A stretch of DNA of 64,000 nt, from positions 1 to 64,000 of the forward strand of contig JAPMXV010000030.1 of the NCBI GenBank assembly GCA_026936335.1, read 5' to 3'. Origin of the DNA: Mantamonas sphyraenae STR306. Its lineage: Eukaryota > Protista > CRuMs. A program made the translations under genes and the position numbers. The notes under the pieces are model-generated. The model was not told the origin of the DNA. It was given only the letters and a program-made list of their open reading frames with translations, and did not search any database. This document shows positions 1 to 11,208 of the stretch, in pieces; the first letter of the stretch is position 1, and each line of letters opens with the position of its first letter.

Positions 1-147
1 AACCCTAACCCTAACCCCTAACCCTAACCCTAACCCTAACCCTAACCCTAACCCTAACCCTAACCCTAACCCTAACCCTAACCCTAACCCTAACCCTAAC
101 CCTAACCCTAACCCTAACCCTAACCCTAACCCTAACCCTAACCCTAA
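1..147 (-). repeat. Telomeric repeat array (TTAGGG)n, read as (CCCTAA)n on the + strand; chromosome end
   Basis: About 24 tandem CCCTAA units from base 1, with one CCCCTAA variant near 15-21, followed by degenerate units (cctaat, cctgac, tctaac, tctagc) to ~172. Confidence 0.98.
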
Positions 148-444
148 TCCTAATCCTGACTCTAACTCTAGCTGATATGTATGTCTCTGTCCTGGTTGAT
201 TAGAGTTCGGTCTATGTTATGTGAGTTGTGCTTGTGTCTGCTGGCGGTGTGGCTGAGTTGGGTGGTGACATGGGGTTGTGGGCAAAGGGTGGGAGTGGAA
301 ATGTTGCTGGTGAGTGGCCGTCGTCCTGCATCGCCGCGCAGTCAGCACTGCTCATCCGCCTTCAACAAAAATATCACCAACACCCACAACACCCTCCACC
401 AGTCCAACACAATCAACATACACTCCAGTACCACCACCTCCACC

Positions 445-3400
445 ATGGACAAAGACTACTCGAGCACTCCGAAGCAACAACACACACCCAACACCTACCC
501 AGCGTGCGTTCTGCCTTCCACCCCGTTTTCTGACTGCCCGCTTCACCCGCTTCCCTGCCTCCTCCATGCCTCCGTCGCTTCCCTGCACTCCTTCCCTGAA
601 TCTCCACTTCCCCGTCACCACCGCTGCTGCCTTCTCCGCTCTTCTCCGATCCCCTCTCCCCTGTCACTGCCCTCCCCGTTGCCAGTTTCCCCGTCTGCCA
701 ATCTCCTCCGTTTTTCCCTCTCTGCTCGTTCCAGCCTCCCTTCACCCCCGCTTCTGCCCCGACGGCGTCCATTCCGCCTTCCGCTCACCAATCCCACCCC
801 TCCCTGCCCCTCCGCGTCTTCCCCACAGCAACGGGTACATGGTCCCTCCCATGGCTGCCCAGCCGTTTCCGAACATGCTGCCCGTTTCTGGCGTACAAAA
901 CCCGTACCAACACCCACAACCACCCATCATCTGGGTCCCTGTCAACACCCACCCTCAGAAGCACTACGCATATGCTCATCAGTACCACTTATACTACGCC
1001 TATCCTCCTCCGCCGCCCCCTCAGCCGCGACAAACCGCCCAGATGCACTTCGCTCAGACTCCGTTTCACCCTCCGCCTGCTCAACCCACCACAAACCACA
1101 ACCGCGTCCCCAAACGCATCATCCCCGCCTTTGTCGGCATCACACGGACCACATCCACCACCACATCGTCGTCCTCATCCCAGCAGGCCACACGGCAGAC
1201 TGTGGACAGCGATGACGACGACGCCGACCAGGACACACACACACCTGACACCGGCGACGTGGAGGATTTGATGTTTCTGAAGTTTGGCCACCTTGAACCA
1301 CTGTCCATCTCCAGCAACCCAGAGTGGATGAGCAGCTCATGGATGGAGGCGTACGAAGAAGACGGCGAGGCCAACGACGCAACCCAGCATCACGTTGAGG
1401 ACGAGGTGGAAACTCAGGGCGCACTCAGCTTTGCAGACACTGGTGACGCCATGGATGAGGAGTACCTGCCGCAAGACGACAGCGACGGCGACACAGATGA
1501 CATAGAGCAGGAGGACTCGGACGATTGGCAGCCGAGACGCACAAGTAGAGGCCATAGACGACGCAGAGGCAACGCCAGCCGACGCACTGATCCACAACCG
1601 ATGAAAGGCGGCGGCCAGCGCAGGCACAGGGTCACGGCTGGCAGTGGCACAGAGACAGGAACGTCGAGCACACGGGCAAGGGGGGCCATGAACGGAGACA
1701 CCGGCACAGGGAAGAAAGCAGGGGTGGACAAGACGAACAAGTTGCCAGGTGGTGTTGTGCGCGAAGGGTGGACAGCGAGAATCACTGACGAGCGCAGCCG
1801 CAGCAACAAGAAGGAGCACACGGCATTGCTGAAGCACATGCACACCCTGGCCAACAAGCATCCCATCGACAACATCCCCGACCTCATGACCCTGCAGGCG
1901 CGTGTTGTGGTCTGCCATGGCACCCTGTTGACGCTGATTCGACAGATTCAGCTCGCTCTGGGCAACATTCCCCTCTCCCAGGGCGACATGGCCTTCTGCC
2001 TCTCCCTTCTCGGCCGTAACATGGATCATCATGCGTGCAGCGTTGCCATTCTCAACGCTGGTCTGGCCATGGGTGTGACAAAGGCTGGGTTGAAGGTGTG
2101 CTGGCTGGATGAGCCACACGACCACGGCGACCCCAACTACGCCCTCCTCCACCTGCTCATGACAGAGATGGACACTCTCGGCAACAAACCCCATCCCACG
2201 ACCTGGGAGGAGCATGAGCAGACCCAGCTGTGGCTGCAGGAAGCACGAGACCCTGCTGACAACGACAGCGACCCACACTGGACACAATGCGACTACGACC
2301 ACCACCTCACCACCAACAAGGTGGACAAGTGGAATCCTGAGTCTGTGCGCAGTGGCTGGACCGGTGCTGCAACATGCGACGAGCGTGGCAGCTGCACGGC
2401 GCGGGAGTTCAAGGCGCTGCTGGCACACATGAAGGCACGCGCAGCCAAGAACCCTCGCCATCAGCACACACACGAGAAACATGCACTGCGTGAGCTGATC
2501 AACAACGGCAGCAAGATGTCTCTGGTGCGACACATCATCCTGGCGCTGGGCAACGTTGGCGTGCCCCCTGTCGACCTGGCCTTCTTTGTCCGCCTCCTCA
2601 GGCCACGCCTCACCTACAGGCAGGTGCAAAGTGCCATCAGCGCCACCCTCACCCGCGGCGTCACCTCCCTCTCCCTCAAGATCGCCTGGCTTGACAACCC
2701 CCAACCCAGCGACGCCACACTGCACACCCTCCTCCACATCCTCATCGACCGCATCACACCCCACATCACCACCCGCCCTACCACCACCGCCCTCGTCAAC
2801 GCCCTCTGCATCCCCAAGCTTGTTCTGCACGAGTCCACAGAGGAGGAGAAGATGGCCATGGACGATGGGCTGCCAGATGGCGTCGTGCGCAGTGGCTGGA
2901 CACAGTGGCGCACGAGCGAGCGCAGCCACAGCAACAAGAAGGAGCACAGGGCACTGCTGGGCCACATGCACACGCTGGCCAATGAGCATCCTATCGACGA
3001 CATTCCCGACCTCATGACCCTGCAGGCGCGTGCTGTGGTCTGCCATGGCACCCTGTTGACGCTGGTCCGACAGATTCAGCTCGCTCTGGGCAACATTCCT
3101 CTCTCCCAGGGCGACATGGCCTTCTTTCTCACCCTTCTGGGCCGTGAAATGGATCAACAGGCGTGCATCAGTGCCATCCCCCACGCTGGTCTGGCCATGG
3201 GTGTGACAAAGGCTGGGTTGAAGGTGTGCTGGCTGGAGGAGCCACAAGACCACGGCGACCCCAACTACGCCCTCCTCCACCTGCTCATGACAGAGATGGA
3301 CTCGCTTGGTGACAGATCCCATCCCACCACCTGGAAGGAGCACAAGCAGACCCAGTTGTGGCTGCAGGAAGCACGACGCCCTGCTGGCAACGACAGCGAC

Positions 3401-4042
3401 CCACACTGGACACAATGCGACTACGACCACCACCTCACCACCACCAACGTGGAACAGTGGCAACCCGAATCTGTGCGCAGTGTTTGGAGCAAGACCGCAG
3501 ACGAACGTGGCAGCTGCACGGCGCGGGAGTTCCAGACGCTTCTGGCACATATGAAGGCACGCGCAGCCAAGCACCCTCGCCATCAGCACACACACGAGCA
3601 CCAGGCACTGCGTGAGCTGATCAACAACGGCGACCTGATGTCCCTGGTGCGACACATCATCCTGGCGCTGGGCAAGGTTGGCGTGCCCCCTGTCGACCTG
3701 GCCTTCTTTGTCCGCCTCCTCAGGCCACGACTCGCCTACCAGCAGGTGCAACGTGCCGTCAAGGGCACCCTCACCCGCGGCGTCACCTCCCTCTCCCTCA
3801 AGATCGCCTGGCTCGACAACCCCCAACCCAGCGACGCCACACTGCACACCCTCCTCCACACCCTCATCGACCGCATCACACCCCACATCACCACCCGCCC
3901 GACCACCGTCACACTCGTCAACGCCTACCCCATCCCCTCCTTCACCCTGCCCAAGCGCAAAGACCCATCCTCCTCCTCCTCCTCCTCCTCCTCCTCCTCC
4001 TCCTCCTCCTCCTCCTCCTCCAAACGCCAACGCCTCGAATGA
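445..4042 (+). CDS. Subtelomeric family protein copy 1 (~1090 aa): P/Q-rich and acidic N-terminus, A-B-A-B tandem of an unrecognised helical module, C-terminal bipartite NLS-like motif
   Basis: ATG 445 (caccATGG); predicted intron 504-828 (GTGCGT...pyrimidine-rich...CCCCACAG) splices in frame into the long ORF ending at 4042. Internal duplication ~1742-2820 vs ~2870-3940. Ends KRKDP(S)18KRQRLE. Confidence 0.8.
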
Positions 4043-4065
4043 AACACTCCTTCATTCCCACACCC

Positions 4066-5533
4066 TCATCCTCCCCTTCCCACCCACCCAATCACCCTCT
4101 CCATCACCTCCTCCGGCAGTGTCACCCATCCTTCCCACCCTCCCTCCTCCACATACTCCTCCATCCCTCCACACTCAAACATCGCATCCCTCTCTTCTCC
4201 ATTCATCACCAACGCCATCTCCATCACCTCATCCACCTGTCCACCCCATCCAATCCAATGCCACGCCTTCCTCCACCCATCCTTCCTCACCATCTCCACC
4301 GTTTTCATCCTCGGCGTCGCACCCCAGTCCCTCAATACCTCAACCAACCCCTCATTCCCACGCTTCACAGCCCTCTCAAGCGCAGTCTCCTCACCTCCAT
4401 CCCCTGCAAACGTATCCACAGGCACACCCCACTCCCTCAACTCTCTCATCTTCTCCACATCTCCACACTCCACAAACTCCACATGCTGCTTCTGGTTTCT
4501 CTCCAACAGTGACTGAAACGCGTCATCGCCAACGCCGTCGATCTTCCAGCAGGAACGATTGTAATTCATCGCTTGATCAAGTGCTGCTGCTCCTTTGTGC
4601 CCGATGCGATTGCCGTTGAGGTTCAGGGTCTGCAAGCTGCGATTCTCACACAGCGCCTGCGCCAGTATTGTTGCTCCTTCGTCCTCGATGCTGTTATCCC
4701 AGAGACTCAGTGTCTGCAAGTGGCTGTTCGCACTCAATGCATGCCCCAGTGCTGCTGCTCCTTTGTCCCCTATGACGTTGCTGTCGAGGTACAGTGTCTG
4801 CAAGCAGCTATTCTCACGCAGTGCCCGCGCCAGTGCTGCTGCTCCTTCTGCACCGATGCTGTTCCAGCCGAGGTGCAGTGTCTGCAAGCTGATGTTCTCA
4901 CTCAGTGCCTGCGCCAGTGCTGCTGCTCCTTTGTCCCCGATGCTGTTGCTACCAAGGTACAGTGTCTGCAAGCTGCTATTCTCTCTCATTGCTTGCGCCA
5001 GTGCTGCTGTTCCTTTGTCCCCGATGCTGCTGCCACCAAGGTACAGTGTCTGCAAGCTGCTGTTCTCCACCAGTGACTGCGCAAATGCTGATGTTCCTTC
5101 TGCCCCGATGCTGTAGTTGGCAGTGATGTCCAGTGTCTGCAAGCTGCTATTCTCACTCAGTGCCTGCCCCAGTGCTCCTGCGCCTTCTGCCCCGATTCTA
5201 TTCCAGCTGAGGTTGAGTGTCTGCAAGCTGCTGTTCTGAGCTAGTGCCCGCGCAAGTGCCGCTGCTTCTTTGTCTCCCACGTCCCCACTGCGAAGGTACA
5301 AATCCTGCATGTGTCGTGTCAACACACGTACCACCCTTCCTACACCCCATCACACCCACCCTACCCCCATCCCTCCTTCCCTTCCCCTTGTGCGACGAGC
5401 AATCGTCACGCTCAAAAACCCTCCCGATTTCTTTCCGCCAACTCACCCTTCCCTGGGCCTCCAAAGCGTCCACAATCTGCCCATGGTCCCCGCTCTGCAA
5501 CAATTCCATCCACTGATCAAGGTTCAAGCCCAT
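4066..5533 (-). CDS. RI-like (28-aa) LRR + ankyrin + C-terminal F-box-like motif protein, paralog 1
   Basis: Exon 1 5533-5447, phase-0 intron 5446-5305 (GTGAGT...ATGCAG). Then ~8-9 LRRs (LxxNxxLQTLxLxxNxIGDxGAxALAxAL), ~2 ankyrin-like repeats (TALERAVKRGNEGLVEVLRDWGA) and WVTLPEEVMERVIGW. Confidence 0.88.
4590..5290 (-). repeat. 84-bp coding tandem repeat (LRR units)
   Basis: Recurring cagtgtctgcaagctgct...cagtgctgctgctcc at ~84-bp spacing. Confidence 0.85.
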
Positions 5534-5780
5534 GTTTCCTGCGAAACTCCATGAGTGTCAGCCCCCCTGATTCCCTTTCCTCTATTTGACACTCTCTATC
5601 ACGCCCACACACTTGCACAAGTCCACATCACCCCCACCCTTCCATACCCAATGACCGTTCTGAACTGTGAGTGCGTATGTGTGTGCAATATGCGTTGGAT
5701 GCACCTGGGCACAGAGGTCAAGGAGCCTACATCCTGCGCCACCCTCCCACGGACCACACACACACTAAGTGTAACATAGG

Positions 5781-7559
5781 ATGGTCTCAAACGTCGCATG
5801 TGCTCACACACGGACCACATCCACCACCACATCGTCGTCCTCCTCCCACCAGTCCACACCGCAGACCGGAGACAACGACGACGACGCAGACCAGAACACA
5901 CACACCCATGACACCGGCGTTGTGGAGGACCTGATGTTCCTGAACTTTGGCCACCTTGAACCACGGTCAATCTCCAGCAACTCAGAGTGGATGACCAGCT
6001 CATGGATGGAGGCATACGAAGAAGACGGCGAGGCAAACGACGCAACCCAGCAGCACGTGGGCGACGAGTTGGAACATCAGGGCACACTTAGCGTTGCAGA
6101 TCCTGGTGATGCCATGGATGAGCAGTACATGCCGCAAGGCGACTACGACGACAACGCAGACGACATGGAGCAGGAGGGCACGGACGAATGGCAGCCGAGG
6201 CGCACAAGTAGAGGCCGCACACGTCGACGCAGATGCCTCATCAGTCGCCGTACGGTTCCACAACTGATGAAAGGCAGCGGACAGTGCAGACTCAGGGTCA
6301 CGGCTGGCAGTGGCACCGAGACAGGAACGTCGAGCACACGGGCAAGGAGTGCCAAAAATGGAGACAACGGCGCACGGAAGAAAGCAGGCGTGAACAAGAT
6401 CAACAAGTTGCCGGATGGTGTTGTGCGCAAAGGGTGGACAGCGGGACACAGTGACGAGCGCAGCCGCAGCAACAAGAAGGAGCACACGGCACTGCTGAAG
6501 CACATGCACACCCTGGCCAACGAGCATCCCATCGACGACATCACCGACCTCATGACCCTGCAGGCGCGTGTTGTGGTCTGCCATGGCACCCTGAACACGC
6601 TGGTCCGACAGATTCAGCTTGCACTGGGCAACATTCCCCTCTCCCAGGGCGACATGGCCCTCTGCCTCACCCTTCTCGGCCTTGACATGGATCAAGTGGC
6701 GTGCAGAAATGCCATCCACCACGCTGGTCTGGCTGTGGGTGTGACAGAGGCTGGGTTGAAGGTGTGCTGGCTGGAGGAGCCACACGACCACGGCGACCCC
6801 AACTACGCCCTCCTCCACCTCCTCATGACAGAGATGGACACTCTCGGCGAATGGCCCCATCCCACCACCTGGAAGGAGCACAAGCAGACCCAGCTGTGGC
6901 TGCAGGAAGCACGACGCCCTGCAGACAACGACAGCGACCCCCACTGGACACAATATGACTACGACCACCACCTTACCACCACCGAGGTGGACAAGTGGCT
7001 TCCAGAGTCTGTGCGTAGTGGCTGGACCATTGCTCATCCCAACGACGAGCGTGGCAGCTGCACGGCGCGGGAGTTCCAGACGCTGCTGGCACACATGCAG
7101 GCACGCGCAGCCAAGCACCCTCGCCATCAGCACACACACGAGCACCAGGCACTGCGTGAGCTGATCAACAACGGCGACCTGCAGTCCCTGCTACGACACA
7201 TCATCCTGGCGCTGGGCAACGTTGGCGTGCCGCCTGTCGACCTGGCCTTCTTTGTCCGCCTCCTCAGGCCAAACCTCACCTACCAGCAGGTTCAACCTGC
7301 CATCAGCAAAACCCTCACGCGCGGCGTCACCTCCCTTTCCCTCAAGATCGCCTGGCTCGACAACCCCAAACCCAACGACGCCACACTGCACACCCTCCTC
7401 CACACCCTCATCGACCGCATCACACCCCACATCACCTCACGTCCCACTACCCCCGCACTCGTCAACGCCTACCCCATCCCCTCCTTCACCCTCCCCAAGC
7501 GCAAAGACCCTTTCTCCTCCTCCTCCTCCTCCTCCTCCAAACGCCAACGCCTCGAATGA
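5781..7559 (+). CDS. Subtelomeric family protein copy 2 (A-B modules; lacks the N-terminal P/Q-rich part of copy 1)
   Basis: 592-aa ORF. Homology to copy 1 begins abruptly at ~5807 (equivalent to ~1141). Ends KRKDPF(S)8KRQRLE. True start uncertain. Confidence 0.75.
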   Translation: MVSNVACAHTRTTSTTTSSSSSHQSTPQTGDNDDDADQNTHTHDTGVVEDLMFLNFGHLEPRSISSNSEWMTSSWMEAYEEDGEANDATQQHVGDELEHQGTLSVADPGDAMDEQYMPQGDYDDNADDMEQEGTDEWQPRRTSRGRTRRRRCLISRRTVPQLMKGSGQCRLRVTAGSGTETGTSSTRARSAKNGDNGARKKAGVNKINKLPDGVVRKGWTAGHSDERSRSNKKEHTALLKHMHTLANEHPIDDITDLMTLQARVVVCHGTLNTLVRQIQLALGNIPLSQGDMALCLTLLGLDMDQVACRNAIHHAGLAVGVTEAGLKVCWLEEPHDHGDPNYALLHLLMTEMDTLGEWPHPTTWKEHKQTQLWLQEARRPADNDSDPHWTQYDYDHHLTTTEVDKWLPESVRSGWTIAHPNDERGSCTAREFQTLLAHMQARAAKHPRHQHTHEHQALRELINNGDLQSLLRHIILALGNVGVPPVDLAFFVRLLRPNLTYQQVQPAISKTLTRGVTSLSLKIAWLDNPKPNDATLHTLLHTLIDRITPHITSRPTTPALVNAYPIPSFTLPKRKDPFSSSSSSSSKRQRLE

Positions 7560-8080
7560 ATCCCCTCCTTCCTTCCGATCCACTCCATCATTTGCTGCCC
7601 TTCACACATCACATTCCGTTCCCCTTCTTGGCACAGGGCCTCGCTCCGCCGCTCCGAAGCCCTTTTGCCGACCCCACAGACACTGAGGTGTTCATCTTGG
7701 ATTGTCCCCTGCTCAGCATCGACATCGCCGTCACGTTGGTGGTGCTGCTGGTGTTGTTGTTGTTTGCGCTGTTGCTCATCACCGTCGCAACGTTGTTGTT
7801 GGTGTGTGTGTCCATCCTGCACTCCTCGTCCTCGTCCTGGCCATCCGACGCATTTGACCATGCACTGCCACCTTGCAAATGACACGCTGACGTCCCAATC
7901 ACGCTCATCACCTGACGAATGCCCCCATTCTGGACTGTGTGTGCCTTGTGCCACAGGGCGCACCAAGTCGACCCTGGTGCATGGGACAAGCAATGCATTA
8001 CGCAGAAGCCATGGTCTCCCACACGTCACGCACGGTTGAATTATGTGGATGTGCGAAGCATGCTGCCCGATCGCAGCCAA

Positions 8081-11000
8081 ATGTTCGCACGCAGGGTGTC
8101 CAAGCGAGGAGGCACCTTGCTAGGACGAACCCTTCGTAGAGGCACTCCACGACTGCGAACCACGTTGATGCACGTCACTGCCCATCATAACACGATGCGT
8201 CCTCGACACGACGTGGCTATGGGTGCCAGTTTGCATGCGGCCCGGTCGTGGCAGGGCAGGAACACATCGTCCTCATCATCACCATGGCTCAACGGCACAG
8301 CCGCTGTCGTGCAGCGCTGCAGCATGTCTACAGCCACTATCAGTGCTGAGGAGTTGTTCTTGGAGGCCAGAAGCAAGCTGAACAAGCGTGAGGAGCGCCT
8401 GGAGAGGTTGCGCAACCGTGTAGAGTCGTTGTCCGCGGAACTTGGCCAAGCTCGCCAACAGCTGCGACTGAGCGCACAAGGAGAGAAGGAGGCCGTGCAG
8501 AATCTCGTGGATGAGAAGGAGAAGGAACTGGTGGAGGCAAAGGCGGAGGTTGCAAAGGCGGAGAAGGAAGTGGCGGAGGCAAAGGCGGAAGTTGCAAAGG
8601 CGGAGGCCAAGTCGTTGTCCGCGGAACTTGGGCAAGCTCGCGAACAGCTGCGACACAGCCCACAAGGAGAGAAGGAGGCCTTGCAGAATCTCGTGGATGA
8701 GAAGGAGAAAGTTGTGGCAAAGGCAGAGACGGAAGTGGCAAAGGCAGAGGCAGAGGTGGCTGAGGCAGAGGTGAAAGTGGCGGAGGCAAAGGTGGAAGTT
8801 GCCAAATCGGAACGAGATGCTTTTGCCAATGCCCTACTGGCTGCTAGGGAGAAGGGCGATGAGTACGCTGCTGCACACTACCAACAGCAGGTTGAAGAGT
8901 CAACTCGGGGTGTAGAGAACGCGAACTCCGAGTTGCACAAGGCCCAGGCGCACCGAGATCGTGAGTTCCTGACACCCACACTTTTCCGAAGCCATTTTTC
9001 GCTGACACCCGCCCACTCCCCACAGGCTTGTGGGAGGCAGCTGCACACATTTCACCCCACGGTAGGTTCCAACGTTTCTTTGAGCCGTCCATGACGTCGC
9101 TGACACCCTGTGCATTGACAAACACGCAGTGGAGCGGGTGGAGCTGACGTCCGTGGAGCAATTTGCTGAATTGTTGGAGATGGAGCCCTGCTTCGATCCC
9201 AGCAAGAAGAACACGCCTTTGGGAAACGTCATCGACACGGAATTGGCCATGGAAATTCCACTTCAGAATCGGCAGGATGCACTGAAAAGCTTTCGTTGGC
9301 GCGTTGAGTCTCAACTTTCCGAAATGGTTCAAACCCGGACCGCCACGGTTCTGTACTCAGTGATTGGCATGTCTGGAACTGGCAAGACGCGCATGCTGAT
9401 GGAGCTGAGGGAGGCTCTGCGACAAGTCACACAGGAAAAACTGCCGCATCTGCAGGTGCTGCCCCTGCTTCTGACCCTGAACAACGGCAACGATTACAGT
9501 ATTGAGAGGAGATGGGGTCCAAAAGGTCTGGGTGTGCGCATGCTGTATGACTACGCTGTTGACCGGGGTGGGGACGCTCGTCTCGATAAGGATGCCGTGG
9601 AGAAACTTGGGCAGTCGCTGAAATCGCTGCCAACACCCCGTGTCGCAGCCGAGTTGATCGTTAAGCACGCACAGAGTCAGAACGGAGGTGCCCCTGTACT
9701 TCTGTATCTTGGGTACGACGAAGTGCAGTGGCTGGCTGATCCATACAAGCCGGATGGCAAGGTCGGGATGCAATTGGTGATCAACTCGGCCACTGCCGTT
9801 ATCAACAGCGTCAGCAGGATCAGTGGTGTGCACAACGGCCAAGAACATCCGTGTCGTGCCGTGGTTGCTGTAGCGGGTACTCGGGACCTGCACCTGATGG
9901 GTGCCCTTAATCGCGAGTCGACATTCGACAACTTTCCGCTGGCTGTGCCCACACTCAGTCTCAAGGAATCCCTGGATGCTGTGCTCGGTTTTGTAAACTT
10001 GACGCAAGATGAAGACCATCGCACTCTGCTGTTGCAATATCTGCAGCAGCTGTACGGTGTGCCGAGAGCGGTTGAGCGGCTTGCATGGCGGTATCAGCGG
10101 ATTCATTCCCAATCGCTGGATACCATTCGATCCGAACTTAAAAGCGCTGTTCAACAAATCAGGGCTAAGTACAAAGCAAGTTTCCCGGCAGATCTGGCCA
10201 AAACGCTCACGCGGATGCACCTGTTCAAGGAGACAATTGAAATTGGTGACAAGGTTGGTGGAAACACTGTGCAAGAACACATGAGTTGTGGCCTGCTGGT
10301 CCACCACGCAGACCAGGTGATGCCGATTCCCATCGGTCTGCAAGGGAGTAAAGCGGCGAGCAACAGTGAACTGCTCCGGCGCATCACCGACTTCAACGAG
10401 GTTGGATTGTGGCAACACTACGAAAAGCAATCACAATACTTTCACGTGTTGCGATCTCTCGCCCTGATCGAGAGCCCACCGGACTACGCATTGTGGAACG
10501 GGAAGTGGTGGCACGACGGCGCCTTGAGCTTCAACCTGGACCACATTCAGTACTCCACAAACCTGAAAGCCAGGGTGACGATAGACCTGGACGATTATAG
10601 CGAACGCTTCCCCGCACAAACAAAGACTGTGAAGGAGGAGGTGGCCAAGTTGGTCCAGGCGAATCCGGATGGCCTGCAGACAAGCATGCAGATGATGAAT
10701 GGGACCAACGCACCGTTTGCAGATGTCATAGTTGTCCACCCAGCAGCCGACGGGGTGGTGGTTGAGTGCATCCAGTGCAAGTTCAGCAAACAGGGGATTC
10801 ACGCAAAGGACAAGGTGAGCCTTACACTGATCAAAGACGAGTACGAGAAAGTGATGCAGCATCAGGAGGTTGTCCGTGAGACGTTTCAGCCGCTGGCAGG
10901 CGAGAATGGCAAGGTGCACATCGTGTTTGGCTTCACGAGCGTCAAGGGCCCGAAACCCGAACTGGAAGAGCAGCTGGAGGAGTGGACGAAGGAAGGAGAG

Positions 11001-11123
11001 AAACAGGTGTATGTGGTGCATGGTCAGAACCACACTGAGTACTACGGTGGTCTCGTGGAATCGATGATGATCACAAGAGACATCAGGTCCAAAGTGCAGA
11101 AAGGCCAAGAAACCTCGGATTGA
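8081..11123 (+). CDS. Crinkler/RHS-type effector-like protein: presequence-like N-terminus, coiled-coil header, P-loop NTPase, PD-(D/E)xK restriction-endonuclease-fold domain
   Basis: Exon 1 8081-8960; intron 8961-9129 (GTGAGT...ACGCAG) joins the two ORFs in frame. Walker A GMSGTGKT, Walker B LYLGYDEVQ, GVPR motif; C-terminal E...NAPFADV...ECIQCKFS nuclease motif. Confidence 0.8.
8425..8800 (+). repeat. 186-bp internal duplication plus 21-bp heptad repeats (AEAEVAK) encoding a coiled coil
   Basis: gtcgttgtccgcggaacttgg...gtggatgagaaggagaa occurs at ~8425 and ~8611. Confidence 0.85.
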
Positions 11124-11208
11124 CAGTGTGCAGGCATCAATACAACACACGCAGACACACTTCATGGATACACTCCTTCCCAGATTCCGGAACGCATGAT
11201 CCGACGGC

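Noticed and set aside
314-828. GTG start and N-terminal ~170 aa of the 1242-aa ORF
   Set aside because: Better explained by ATG 445 and a pyrimidine-rich GT-AG intron 504-828 that splices in frame.
4066-5533. NLR (NLRC3-like) receptor call
   Set aside because: The LRRs are similar, but none of the three paralogs has a NACHT or NB-ARC domain.
7556-7882. Hydrophobic plus-strand ORF as a membrane peptide
   Set aside because: The hydrophobic stretch is the antisense reading of an AAC/ACC/AGC-rich tract, and its ATG overlaps the upstream stop codon.
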